Shown here: piece by piece, positions 26,203-39,136 of the stretch
Position numbering within the stretch: position 1 is the stretch's first letter
Layout: the number at the start of each line of letters is the position of its first letter
Assembly: GCF_006345805.1 (NCBI RefSeq)
Contig: NC_043022.1
Span: 24,738,001 to 24,802,000, forward strand
Direction of reading: 5' to 3'
DNA length: 64,000 nucleotides
DNA from: Octopus sinensis
Taxonomy: Eukaryota
Position numbers and translations under genes: made by a program
Notes under the pieces: model-generated
Told to the model about the DNA's origin: nothing
Database searches by the model: none
Seen by the model: only the letters and a program-made list of their open reading frames with translations

Positions 26203-26414
26203 TATTTCTTTACTGCCCAGAAGGGGCTAAACATAGAGGGGACAAACAAGGACAGACGAAAGGATTGAGTCAATTATATCCCCCTCCAGTGCGAAACTGG
26301 TACTTTATTTATCGACCCCGAAAGGATGAAAGGCAAAGTTGACCTCGGCGGAATTTGAACTCAGAACGTAACGACAGACGAAATACCGCTAAGCATTTCG
26401 CCTGGCACGCTAAC
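26203..26414 (-). mobile_element. SINE-B
   Basis: Homology to 8491-8717. Confidence 0.8.
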
Positions 26415-26760
26415 AGGCACAGGCATGGCTGTGTGGTAAGAGGTTTGCTTCCCAAATACATGGTTCTGGGTTCAGTCCCATTGTGTGACACCTAGGGCAA
26501 GTGTCTTCTACTATAGCCTCAGGTCGACCAAGTGAATGGATTTGGTAGATGGAAACTAAAACTGTGTCCTTGTGCCTGTGTTTGTCCACCACCACTGCTT
26601 GACAACCAAAAGTGGTGTATTCACATCCTTGTAACTTAGCAGTTCTGCAAAAGAAACCAACAGAATAAGTACCAGGCTTTAGTTCGACTAAAATTCTTCA
26701 AGCTGGTACCCCAGCATGGCCACAGTCTAATGATTGAAACAAATATAACATAGAAGATAT
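26415..26760 (+). mobile_element. SINE-A, head-to-head with SINE-B
   Basis: Homology to 4515-4912. Confidence 0.75.
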
Positions 26761-27482
26761 ATACACATACACAATGGGCTTCTTCCAATCTCAATCTACC
26801 AAATCTACTCATAAGGTTTTGGTCAGCTAGAGGTTATCGTGAAAAGCACTTGTCCAAAGTGCCATAAAGTGAGATTGAACCCAAAACCAGGTGGCTGCAC
26901 AATGCTCTTAACAACACAGCTATACCTAGACACACATATAGATAGGTAGATATGAATATATGTACATATCTCATCAGGAACATTTTAACATCCACATATC
27001 CATGCTAGCATGGGTTAAACAGAATTCATTGAGGTAGATTTTCCACAGGCAGATGTTATGCCTGTCAGCAAACCTCACCTATTCCAAGAATCTACTTCAT
27101 TTCCCCACGGCCAGACATGCTTTCATGGAAGATCGGAAACGAAGGACACTATGCAGTGAAGACAAGGAGACACATTTATTTTCATTATTAGCAACAGAAG
27201 CAGTAGCAGTTTAGAATAGCAATCTGTCAGTCATACTTAATGTGGATATACTTAAGAAAGCCACAACATTGGATTTTGTCTTGAGATGCTGTATATGTAT
27301 ATGTATATTGTGTGTGTTAGGTTTCTTTTAGTTTGTCTACCAAATCCACTCAAGGTTTTGATCAGTCTGAATCTTAAGTTGAAGACACTTGCCCAAGCTG
27401 CCAGACTTAAACCCAAAATCAAGTGATTGCAATATGAACTTCTTAAGCACATTGCCATTCCTGCATTATATGTGTGTGTGCT

Positions 27483-27521
<39 letters not shown>

Positions 27522-27749
27522 CTTGCTAGTATAAGTTACATGGATAAATCATTGCAATGTTCTTAGACAGCCGGATGTCAATCCCAACACCACTAAACCT
27601 TTACCTGTCTCTCAGATAAAGACTCTCTGATTTCTCTGATGAAGCAAAGCCATATACAAAGGAAATGACAAAAATGTCACCATATATGTGTAGCTCAGTG
27701 ATTGTCAGAAATGTAAATGTAAACAAACCTTCACCTCGTGTCCCCCAAC

Positions 27750-28115
27750 TATGCAGTCTCAGGTTCAGTCCCACGGTGCTGCGCTTTAGGCCAATGTCTT
27801 CGACTACAGCCTTCCAGGTCTAGTAAAACCTTGTGAGTGGATTTAGTAGATGGAAATTGAAGGAAGCTCATCATATATAGCTATGTATGCACATCTATGT
27901 GTGTGTGTGTTTCTATTTGTCCCTACCAACAACTCTTGACAACCGGTGTTGGTTTGTTTACGTTCCCTAAACCTAGTTAGTGGTTCATCAAAAAGAGATC
28001 GGCAGAATAAGTACCAGGCTTTAAAAAAAAGAGAGAGAGAAAAAGTATTGGGTTCGAATTGTTTGACTAAACCCTTCAAGGCAAGTGCCCCAGCATGACC
28101 ACAGTCTAATGACTG
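27750..28115 (+). mobile_element. SINE-A, diverged
   Basis: Homology to 4515-4912. Confidence 0.65.
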
Positions 28116-28319
28116 ATGTGTATATATTTATAGGTATAGATATATATATATGTAACAAGGTTTTTACCAATGTCCCTTTACGATCACTACTAATAAGGTT
28201 TTAATTGGTTGAGGTCGTCTTATCTAAGGTGCTTGCACGGTTGGACTTAATTTATCCTATAGCCATGGAGTCGGGAAGAGAAATTTTGAACCCCACACCC
28301 AAGCCAGTAAGTATTGACC

Positions 28320-28500
28320 TCGTGTGTACCGTTGGCGATTTTTTTTCCTCTGTCTTCCCTTCTCCTATGTTTCCGACGAAGAGCTCCGCTCGAAACGTTA
28401 AACCCTCCTTCTTCCCTTCTTTCCTGAGCGTCCAATATACTTTATTTGTTCCACGTCCTCACGTTTTTTTGTGTTTTCTTTCTTCTTTGGATTAACTTTA
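28320..28500 (+). mobile_element. Repeat family H, diverged copy
   Basis: gttt CCGACGA A GAGC-tcc-GCTC GAAAC GTT aaac at 28369-28403, followed by the same cctgagcgt..aatac..ttgtt..ccac downstream block. Confidence 0.5.
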
Positions 28501-28511
28501 TATATATATAT

Positions 28512-28549
<38 letters not shown>

Positions 28550-28579
28550 TATATATACCTATACATATCAACATGTGTG

Positions 28580-28623
<44 letters not shown>

Positions 28624-29064
28624 ATATATGGCACACATTTATATTATACATAGATATACCTATACTATACGTCATGCACATACATTTATACTATACATAT
28701 ATACATATTCATACACATTATACTCTGTGTGTGTGTGTATATAATATATATATATATATATATATAACTATGGTTTTAATTTAGGCACATGGTGTGAAAT
28801 TTTGAGGGGCTTAGTCGTACATACAAGCCACAGTACTCGATTTTATCGATTTTGGCGGGTTGAAAAGCTAAGTGAAGTTTAGTTTTATTCAGGAACGTTA
28901 AGAGATGGGCTAAATCCTAGAAGACATTTTGTCCAACGGTGTAACGAGTCAGCCAATACACATCCTACACACACGCTAATATTATTATATATATATATAT
29001 ATAGATATATATAATATGTATATTATACACATTATGTATAGATAGAGGGGGTGGGATAGAGTAT

Positions 29065-29099
<35 letters not shown>

Positions 29100-30239
29100 C
29101 TATATATATAACTAATAAATCGATGCATATATTCACATATAGCATCATATATATTCACGTGTATAAATGTTGTGCATACATATGTAGGTGATCTGTATTC
29201 ATTACGCATGTATACATAAGCACTTATGTATTCAAAAGCCTATGTACCGCACACACCCCCGTTATATATCCCTATCTAGATCTATATATATATATAGCTA
29301 TATATATAAATATTATATTGTATCCAGTACATACACCAGATACACACACATACTCAGATAGGCATAATAGATATATACATATACATATATATATATATAT
29401 TATATATCTATATATATCATATATATATAAATATATATATATATGAGAGAGAGAGAGAGATACATATACATCTATAAAGCTATATATAGACCTATACATC
29501 TATAGTTATTTGTACTTATAGATATGTATATAATACATACACATCTATATACGCACATGAACATAAGTATACATATGTAAATAAACATACATCTATAAAT
29601 ATACATGTATCGATATAAGTGTGCGTATGTATGTATAAATATATATACATACACACACACACGTACCAATTCATATGCATAGAGACTACATGGAGCGTGA
29701 GAAAAGAAGATCGTATATACTATCCTCCCTCTCTCTGTATGTGTGTATATATATATATATTTTACAGATCTAAGTATGTTTATACACTTTATACGCACGT
29801 GTGTATATGTGAAAGAGAGAGGAACCGAGTTTTATGCAACACAATATTATACACACACCATACCCGTCCATTATACCACACAACACCATTTCTTCATCCA
29901 TATAGTTGGGTGTGTGTATATCACACCACACTCTTAGTAGGTGATTGTGTGCGTACACATATTCAGACATATACCTCTGTGTGTTATTTGTCAGTGTTTC
30001 TATCGCGTTGTGTATATACAGAACCGAGTGTATTAGCGTGTATACACACATATATCACATATATATACATCGCCATACTGTCTCACAGACCTAGATATAA
30101 ACGATTATGTGGTTTAGTATGCTAGCTATACATTAAAGAAACGACCGCATATATATACACATCTAAGTACATGTGTTTATATAGACAAGAGAGGGGCAGA
30201 CAGATATAGAAAATGTGAAGATTTAAAGCAGGAAAATTG

Positions 30240-30960
30240 ACATGTATTCAGATTCACACATAAGCGAGATGAATGGATATCTTAGCCAAGTTGGTACCCT
30301 GTCAGATTGGCATATAGTAGTCTTGCAAGCTAGCTACCAGGCTAGTTGTCTGTTGTTAGGTGGAGGATAAAACTCTGCTAGCTCGATACCCAGATTAATT
30401 GGTAGATAGTAGGCTAGGTAGCTAGCTAGGTAGGTAGGTAGCTAGTTAGCAGGCTAAGAGCTTGATGAGATGATCTGCTCTGGTTTGATACCCCCCCCCC
30501 ATAATATTGGCAGATAGCTATCGATAGATAATTGAGATGAATGGATAACTGACTAGCTAATTAGATAGACAGCATGCTAAATAGTTAGACATCAAGCCTG
30601 CTAGATACCTAGACAAATCGCGGCATAGCTAACTAACTAGTTAGCCAGATACACCGATCAATTGGTATTATTCAAAACTCTTTATATAATAATGGTAGAT
30701 AACGTGCTAGTCAGCAACTTCCAAGGCTAGTTAGCTATTAATATAAGGTAGATGGAATACTTGGCTAGCCATATACTCAGATAAATTGGTTCATTGCAGG
30801 CTAGGTAACTAACTGGATGGTAGTTTAGCTACATAGCCATTGACTGGCATATGAAATGAAAGGACAAATTGGCTGGCTAGGTATTCATATAGTCTACCTA
30901 AGTAGTTAACTAGCTAGATAGGTAGGTAGGTAAACACTCGGATAAGCAAATGTACAGACA
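30240..30960. repeat. Decayed (TAGC/TAGA)n low-complexity tract
   Basis: Dense in gctagctag and taggtag words. Confidence 0.55.
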
Positions 30961-31548
30961 TCCACAAAAATATGAACTCAGATCGGTGTATGTAAGTGTA
31001 TTATATATATATATATATATATATATACCTTAATATATATACCTTACAACTCCACTTTGTTATATATGTATATATATGTTAGAAGTATTGGGGGTGATGC
31101 ACAAATGTATATATATATAATATGTGTGTGTGTATGTATATATATATACCTTATATATATATGTACCTTACAACTCAACTTTGTTATATATGTATGTATA
31201 TGTTAGAAGTATTGGGGGTGATGTACAGATGTATATATATATATATACATACATACACACACAGATAGGTACATACAAATATACAGATATAGTAGTTGAC
31301 TACAATGATCGTCAACAGACACAGATTCAAAAGTCTTTGCACAAACATCACACACATACGAACACATTACACATACAGACACACACACACACGTGTGTGT
31401 CCCTCGATGGGAGTAAAATAGCTCAACTTCCAAAAACAAAAACCCAGCACATACAGAGAACATACAGAAAAAAAACCATATTATATATACAAACTTAAAC
31501 CCATACAACAAACACATGAAAAGAAAATATATAGAAAGGTTCCCTTAC

Positions 31549-31709
31549 CTCCATATCCTGAAGTGTTTTGAAGCTGATGATGGCAAATCCATCAATAATA
31601 TCCTCGTCAAATGAATTGGAACTGGTTCGCCTCCGGCGCTGGGACGGCGGAGGTGGTTTCGGTTTTGACTTATTATTATTATTATTACTATTATTATTAT
31701 TAGTAGTGG

Positions 31710-31741
<32 letters not shown>

Positions 31742-32046
31742 TTAGCATTATTATTGTTGTTGCTATTATTACTGTTGTTGTTGTTGCTGTTGTTATTGTT
31801 GTTGTTGTTGTTGTTGTGGCTATTATTGCTATCCTTGCTGGTTCTGGCTGGACACTCGTCGTCCGCCGCGGCCGCGCCGTCATCGTCGTCCTCGCCGCCG
31901 CTGCCTCCCGCCGCCGTTGCCGCCGCCGTAGCCGCCGCCATCGGGGCCGCCTGGTGTTGTTTCTCCTGCAGTTGCTGCTGACCTCTCACCATACGGCGCC
32001 TGTTTCTTTGCGTGCGTTGCTGGGCCTTAGACTCCTTCGATTCCAT
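31549..32046 (-). CDS. AUTS2: First coding exon (166 codons) of an AUTS2 / fibrosin-like / tay bridge family gene
   Basis: The ORF begins MESKESKAQQRTQRNRRR and ends [36 protein letters not shown]. This matches the recalled human AUTS2 N-terminal motif [33 protein letters not shown]. There is an in-frame TGA 9 nt upstream of the ATG, a phase-0 donor GAG|GTAAGG at 31549/31548, and local CpG richness. The frame stays open across a 156-bp trinucleotide tract. Confidence 0.9.
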
Positions 32047-32132
32047 TGAAATTCAACTTTCTTTGGATTTTACAATGATGATGACGATTTGATGATGATG
32101 ATGATAATAATAATAATAATAATAACGATGAT

Positions 32133-32160
32133 CTGAAGGAAAAAAAAATAATAAAAATGA
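32133..32160 (-). other. Candidate 3' splice acceptor in the 5' UTR
   Basis: Minus strand reads tcatttttattattttttttttccttcag|atc, 86 nt upstream of the ATG. Confidence 0.4.
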
Positions 32161-32779
32161 TAACTTACTTCTGTGTATGTGTGTGTATGTATTTATATAT
32201 ATAATATATATTTATATGGATGTATGTATATATATAGATATAATATATATATATATACTTCGGCAGGAGACAGCGGATAGAATGTGTGTATGTGGAGTAT
32301 GAGTGAGTGGCGGAGGCGGCCGGAATAACCCGACCGAACAACACAACAACAACGGAGACGATGATGATATTAATAATAATAGTAGTAGAAGTAGTAGTAA
32401 TAATAATGGTGCTGGTGGTAGTAGTAGTATTGGTAATAATAATAATCCGAAGATGGTGGTGTAAGGAATTCGAGAAATAAAAGAGTGGCTGAGAATTACA
32501 GAACAATTTCTTTTTTTTTTTTTTCCTTTATGCTTTTCTTTTTTTCTTTCGTTTTGCACTTTCACTCACACTCACACGATCTTATATATATATTATATGT
32601 ATTTTTTTTTTTTTGCTGTTTGTCTATCTCTCTCTCTTTCACACTCTCACTCACTCCCTCTTACTCACTCACTTTCACTCACTCACTCACACCCTTTCTT
32701 TCTTTCTTTCGTACTCACTCACCCACTCTCTCTCACTCTCTCTCCCGCTCTTCTACTACTCACTCAAACCGATGAATGC

Positions 32780-33030
32780 AACACCGAAATCCCGACATTT
32801 AGAATGAATTCCCTCGGGCCGATTTCAATAAAAAGTACTCCTTTAGAAAGTAAAATCCCGGTAAGGTTATCCGTGGATAAAAATGTAGGTAAAGAAACCG
32901 GGCAAAATCTCATCTAATAGCAGCAGATCCTGGCCGAGCGAGCGAGCGACTGATCAAATGGCGGAGAGTGGTGGCAAGATGGCCGCACAACGCAATTAAG
33001 CTCAACATATGTTCTTCCGCGGGCAGCACC
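32780..33030. promoter_or_regulatory. Candidate promoter of the AUTS2-like gene with two YY1-type motifs
   Basis: Repeat-free, CpG-rich block about 0.9 kb upstream of the ATG. It contains AAATGGCGG (32956-32964), CAAGATGGCCGC (32975-32986) and (GAGC)3, and is flanked by CT/GA tracts. Confidence 0.55.
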
Positions 33031-33880
33031 TGAAAATTTCTCCCCCGTCTTTACATACACTTCAATACTTATTCTATTTGTTTGTTTCGTTTTTGGTCTC
33101 TTTCGCTTTCTTTCTTCTCTTGCTTTCTCTTTGCTGTCATTTGTGGTGTATTTTTTGCGAGAGATAGTGTCTTTCGAAGCTTGTTTAAATGGGGTCTCTT
33201 TCTTTCTTTACACGCCAACTAAACTAGTGGGAGAACTCAACGTGCTGGAAACTAACTGGAGTGAGAGAGAATGAGCGAGAGACAGATGGGGTAAGAGTAT
33301 AGATACACAATGGGAGTCGGTAAAAGAAAGAGTAGGAAATGTAACTGGGAGAGGAAGATTGAGAGAGGCATAGATAGATAAAGAGAGAGGGGAATAAGAG
33401 ATAGTGTAGATATACATACAGATGGGGAATGAAAGATAGTCGGAGAGGAAACTAGTGTAGCAAGAAAGAGAGAGAGGAAGGGGTATTTATTTAATATTTA
33501 TTTAATATAACGAAGAGATGATCTGGAAGAAAGACGGTTTATTTTATTACAGAGAGGTTGATAATGTCGATAGAAAGAGTAATAGTTTCGTATATAGACT
33601 GTGGAGGAACGATAACAATACATACATACATACATATATATAAATATATATATATATTTATATACATATGTGTATGTACATATGCATATGTGTGTGTGTT
33701 GTATTTACATATATATATATATATTATAGTATGGAGGGAACGAGAGTATTGTGTAAAAAGAGTTAAGCGCTTAATAGAGAGGAGAGATAGTATAGAAATA
33801 GGGACGTTTTTATAGAGGGGAGCGGGAGAAATCGTGTAGCAAACGTAATGTTTCATAGAGAGGGGGACAAGAGAAAGATG

Positions 33881-33921
<41 letters not shown>

Positions 33922-34924
33922 AGCCAGAGCGATCTTATAGAAATAATTATACTTCATACAGAGAATAGACGTCAGTGTAGAAAGCGTAATACTTAATTTA
34001 GAGGGAGATTTAGATGGGTCGAATAGAAAGAGCAATAGCTAATAGATATGGATGGAAAGACATAATAATGTAGAAAGAGTACTTAATAAAAAGAGATAGT
34101 GTTGTCAAGTACCATATATATATATATATTTATATAATATGTAGCTTTCAATGTTTGAGTAAATATACGTATGTATATGCCTATTTACATCTAGATGTGT
34201 GCATAGTAAAACGTGTTATTTAAGAAAAACGGTATACTGTAGAAAAGAGTGATGCTTAAGAAAGAGTATGAGAGTGAGAGAGAAAAAAATGGACGAATAT
34301 TGAAGAAAGATTGAGTGCGAGTGATAAAGTGAGTGGTAGAGAAGAGGAAGACAGATACTTAGCTGTAGAGGGAGAAGGAGAGACAGAATGTAATAGTTGT
34401 AATCAGAAAGAGGGAAAAATATAAGAGTTAGTGAGTGTAATTGAATGAGAGTAAAAGAAAAGGGAAATGTGGGTAGGAGATGTTAATAAATACAATGTGA
34501 GATAAGAGAGAGAGAGAGTGTGTATGTGAGTGAGTGAAGGATTCGAGCTGAGTGACAGAATGAGAGATGAGTGGAAAGAATGAAGTGAGGGAGCAGCTGA
34601 ATATGTTGTATAAAAGGAAATAGAAGAGAGATCAAGAGACGGTACGGAGCTTTATGTATGAATGTGTGTGTGTAAACATTATACATGTACATAATATATA
34701 CATTCACACAGCCGTATGTATATATCTGTATACACATATATACATGCATAAATATGTATGTAGATATATGTATGTATGTGTGTGTGTATTCAGATAGGTA
34801 GATTGATAACATATATATATATGTTTCTTAAATATAAATTTGTGTGTTTGTATGTGCGTATAATGCATATGATAATATTTGCATATATACACATACACAT
34901 ACATTCATATATATTCATATATAT

Positions 34925-35212
34925 ATCACCGTGACTGACCAGGCTATCAGATGTTGCTACACATCGCTGGTCACAATGCGCTTTGCCTTGTTTTAGCCTT
35001 CAAATGACGCCACCCCGCTGGCTAAGCGGGCAGGCCAACAGAAGAAAGAGTGAGAGAAAGTTTTGGCAAAAGAGTACAGCAGGGATCACCACCACCCCCT
35101 GCCGGAGCCTCGTGGAGCCTTTAGGTGTTTTCGCTCAATAAATACTCGCAACGCCCGGTCTGGGAATTGAAACCGCGAGTCCGCTGCCCTAACCACTGGG
35201 CATTGCGCCTCC
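34925..35212 (-). mobile_element. tRNA-headed SINE family G
   Basis: Homologous to 49681-49947. Shares gagcgaaaacacctaaagctccac with family D. Confidence 0.75.
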
Positions 35213-35214
35213 AC

Positions 35215-35247
<33 letters not shown>

Positions 35248-35858
35248 TTTATATTTCTGTCATTGGTGCACCTGGATTATTTTGACCAATGTTTTCCAAC
35301 TCTCTTGCTCCTGGGCCTTCAGGGTCCCAACTGATCTATTAGAGAATTGAATATGCAACTTCTATTCTACCGTTTCACTAGGTTTGATAATCCTAGCGCT
35401 ACCCATCTCCTCCTACTGATATGAATGTTGGCTCTCAAATAGCTCATCTGCCTTCCACAGTTTTAGCTTTCTAATCCTGCAAGTTTCCCCACCTTTGCAC
35501 TGTGAGAGTCCTCTTGGCATGGGATCATGAAATCTGCAACCATGCAACTAGTCTTTCATCATCTACTCATGAAACTGGCCATTACTTAATAATATTCTAC
35601 ACGTATATGAATATATATATATGGTGTGTAAATATATATGTGTATGCATGAATATATGTGTGTGTGTGTGACACAGAGAGAGACTATATATATGTATGCT
35701 GTTCAGCTCTCTTGAGTGTTTACCCAGTTCAATCTGAGTGATGTTAGGAAGGACATCCAGTCATAAAAACCATACCAGAAAAGTGGAGATGTCAAGCTAT
35801 CCAACACATGCCAAGATGGGAAACAGATGATGATGATGATGATGGTAATGGCATATTT

Positions 35859-35901
<43 letters not shown>

Positions 35902-36060
35902 TATATATATATATATATATGGCACCTTGGGCAAGTGTCTTCTACTATAGCCTCGGGCCAACCAAATCCTTGTGAGTGGATTTGGTAGACGGAAACTGAA
36001 AGAAACCCGTTGTATATATGTGTGTGTATATACATATATGTATATATATATATATGTACT

Positions 36061-36285
36061 ATTCGAGCGTGATCATTACCAATGTCACTTCACTGGCCCC
36101 TGTGCAGGTGGCACATAAAAAGCACCACTACACTCTCGGAGTGGTTGGCGTTAGGAAGGGCATCCAGCTGTAGAAACTCTGCCAAATGAAGACTGTAGCC
36201 TGGTGCAGCCATCTGGCTTGCCAGTCCTCAGTCAAAACCGTCCAATCCATGTTAGCATGGAAAACGGACGTTAAACGATGATGAT
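36061..36285 (+). mobile_element. Family C copy inserted in the internal microsatellite of a SINE-A
   Basis: SINE-A 5' part at 35921-36010 and 3' part at 36286-36492 flank it. Confidence 0.7.
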
Positions 36286-36506
36286 ATATGTTTGTGTCTG
36301 AGTTTGTCCCCACCTACATCGCTTGACAACCGATGTTGGTGTGTTTACGTCCCCGTAACTTAGCGGTTCGGCATAAGAAACCGATAGAATAAGTACTAGG
36401 CTTACAAAAAATAAGTCCTGGGGTAGATTTGCTTGACTAAAAGCAGTGCTCCAGCATGGTCGCAGTCAAATGACTGAAACAAGTAAAAGAGTATTAGATA
36501 TATATA

Positions 36507-36547
<41 letters not shown>

Positions 36548-37102
36548 AAAAATAGCTATAGAGAAAATGAGATCTTTAATTGTGGAATTCACCTTACAAA
36601 GCTGACAATTGTTTCTAGTATATTAACATATTTATATATAGAAAATACTGAAATTAATATTAAAGCATTATATTAAAAGCTTAGTAAACTATGTCTACAT
36701 ATCTATCTTTTATCAATGAAGCTTCATATTTCATTATTTGTTCTTAGTGTTTTTGTTTGGACCAATAATTCTCATAGCTCCACCGACATTGCTGGAAAAA
36801 CCCTGTCTTATCACCCAGAAACTGAAGTCCACTACAGATTTTGGAAACTAATTTGGAATTAACTGTCAATATTTTTTAGCCTTTTCTAAGGTGGTAAGCT
36901 GAAAGAACTGTTAGAATGCTGGGGGGAAATGCTTGGCAGCATTTAGTCTGTCTTTACGTTCTGAGTTCAAATTTCACTAAGGTTGACTTTGCCTTTCATC
37001 CTTTCAGGGTCGATAAAATAAGTACCAGTTGAGCACTGGGAGTTGATGTAATTGACTTTTCAGCACCCCTGAAATAGTCAAAATTCAAAACCAATATTTT
37101 AA

Positions 37103-37312
37103 CCCTTTAGCATTGAGATTATTCTGTCGAATGTAAAGCTTATGTATTCACACCATGTAAAATTAATCTTGTATCATTTCATGGTTTTGAGATTTCAATG
37201 ATGTGATTGTTTATTTTTAAAATGACACAATAAGGTAGCTATGAATGACCATATCTGACTAGTTTGAACATAAAATAGGTAGAATATTTTGGCCGGTTTA
37301 AACACTAAAGGG
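37103..37312. mobile_element. piggyBac-type MITE, 210 bp
   Basis: TTAA|CCCTTTAGCATT ... AACACTAAAGGG|TTAA. Confidence 0.75.
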
Positions 37313-37569
37313 TTAACCCTGTTGAAACACACTGCAAAGGAAGTGTATTTCAAAAGAAATACACTGAAAAATTTCATCAATTTTGTCATTATTAATCTGG
37401 TGTTTGGAACATAAATTAACATGAAATTTTAATGAAAAGTTTTAATGCAGTTTTAATCATTTCAGTAAAGATGTTTCAGTAAATTTTGAAAAATAATAAA
37501 GAATTTAGAAAATAACTTTGTTACTATGAATTGGCACTTATCAGCATGGCTGCAGCTCTGGGCTGACAG

Positions 37570-37776
37570 TCTTTACTCTTTTACCCGTTTCAGTCATTTG
37601 ACTGTGGCCATGCTGGAGCACTGCTTTTAGTCAAGCCTTATTCTTAGTAAACCTAGTACTTATTCTATCAGTATCTTTTGCCGAACTGCTAAGTCATGGG
37701 GGACATAAACACACCAGCATCGGTTGTCAAGCGATGTTGGGGGGACAAACACACACACACAAACATATACATACAA

Positions 37777-37807
<31 letters not shown>

Positions 37808-37940
37808 CATATATACGACGGGTTTCTTTTTTAGTTTCTGTCTACCAAATCCACTCACAAGGCTTTGGTCGACCTGAGGCTATAGTAGAAGACACTTGCC
37901 CAAGGTGCCATGCAGTGGGAATGAACCCAGAACCATGTGT
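37570..37940 (-). mobile_element. SINE-A
   Basis: Reverse-complement homology, head truncated. Confidence 0.8.
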
Positions 37941-38126
37941 ATTATTTATTCAATATTATCTGCGTAATAACCATATAACAATGGATTTCAAAGTCCCTAT
38001 ACTGTTATTGGCTACCATATGCCACCAAACAGCAGGGTTATCCTTTAAGCCGGATAAGCATGTTGAACTCCATTAGTGGATAGAATTTATATAAAACTTC
38101 ATGAAACAGCAAGCTGGAATGAACAG

Positions 38127-38312
38127 GCTTTAATTACAAATCACACCATTTGCTTCTGTGCAGTGGTAACACCTGCAAATTGCTGAGCTTTCAGTCTCAC
38201 CTATACATAGAATTATTTTATGAATAATTAATGTATTAGTATGAGACTGAAATCTCAACAATTTTCATATGTTACCACTGCAGAAACAAACGGTGTAATG
38301 TGTGATTAAAGC
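38127..38312. other. Long imperfect hairpin (about 90-bp arms, 5-nt loop)
   Basis: 38127-38217 pairs with 38223-38312 at roughly 80% by eye. Confidence 0.7.
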
Positions 38313-38816
38313 ATGTTTATTCCATCTTCTTGTGGAACAAATTTTTATCTACGTATATATATATATATATATATATATTGTCTTGTTATTCTCCTTGTCC
38401 TGTCTTTTACTGTTTATATTTTGTACTGTCATTACTGTCCTGTTTTTGTTACCATTTTTACCCCTCCGCAAAAAGATCTCAAATTTTATTTAATTTGCTT
38501 TTCGCGGGAAGGAAAGTTTCTATCGAAGATGCATATCGCCTTCACCTTCGAAACGCAGAGTAGATGAAACCATGGCAACTGAAGAAGGGGAATTTTCCTT
38601 GTGTTATTTGTCCTGTACTCTATTTTTTCGTTGTTTAAGAAAAATGTCCAGTTCCTTGGTTTTGTGTTTATGTTTTCGTTTCTCATTGTGTTCGACGTTT
38701 TCTTTGGTGTCCTGTACCCATATATGCATGTATATATACATGTAGAGGTAGGTACATACATATATGTATGTATATATGCATATGTTTTATTTATTAATTT
38801 ATATATATATATATAG

Positions 38817-38976
38817 TGAAGGTGCATGGCTCAGTGGTTGGAGCATCGGGCTTACAATCATGAGGTTGTGAGTTTGAATCCCGGACCAGGCAGTGTGTCG
38901 TGTCCTTGAGCAAGATACTTTATTTCACGTTGCTCCAATTCACTCAGCTGTAGAAATGTGTTGCAATATCACAAGT
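38817..38976 (+). mobile_element. CORE-like SINE, 3'-truncated (family F)
   Basis: tRNA head plus gtgtccttgagcaagatactttatttcacgttgctcc. Confidence 0.65.
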
Positions 38977-39136
38977 GCCAAGCTGTAGAAAGGCTTCAGA
39001 TATGGTGTGCAAGAGAGACGACTGTACTGGTATAGTCATGTGATGCATATGGATGAGGACAGCTGTGTAAAGAAGTGCCAATCTCTAACTGTGGAAGGTA
39101 CCTGTGGAAGAGATAGAATCTGGAAGACATGGGATG

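Noticed and set aside
31568-31981. Plus-strand poly-Leu ORF (137 aa)
   Set aside because: Antisense shadow of the AUTS2 poly-Asn exon.
38515-38570. TCGAAGA...GAAAC-gcaga-GTA hammerhead-like string in a Penelope-like context
   Set aside because: The core needs a 2-nt repair and stem II does not pair convincingly.
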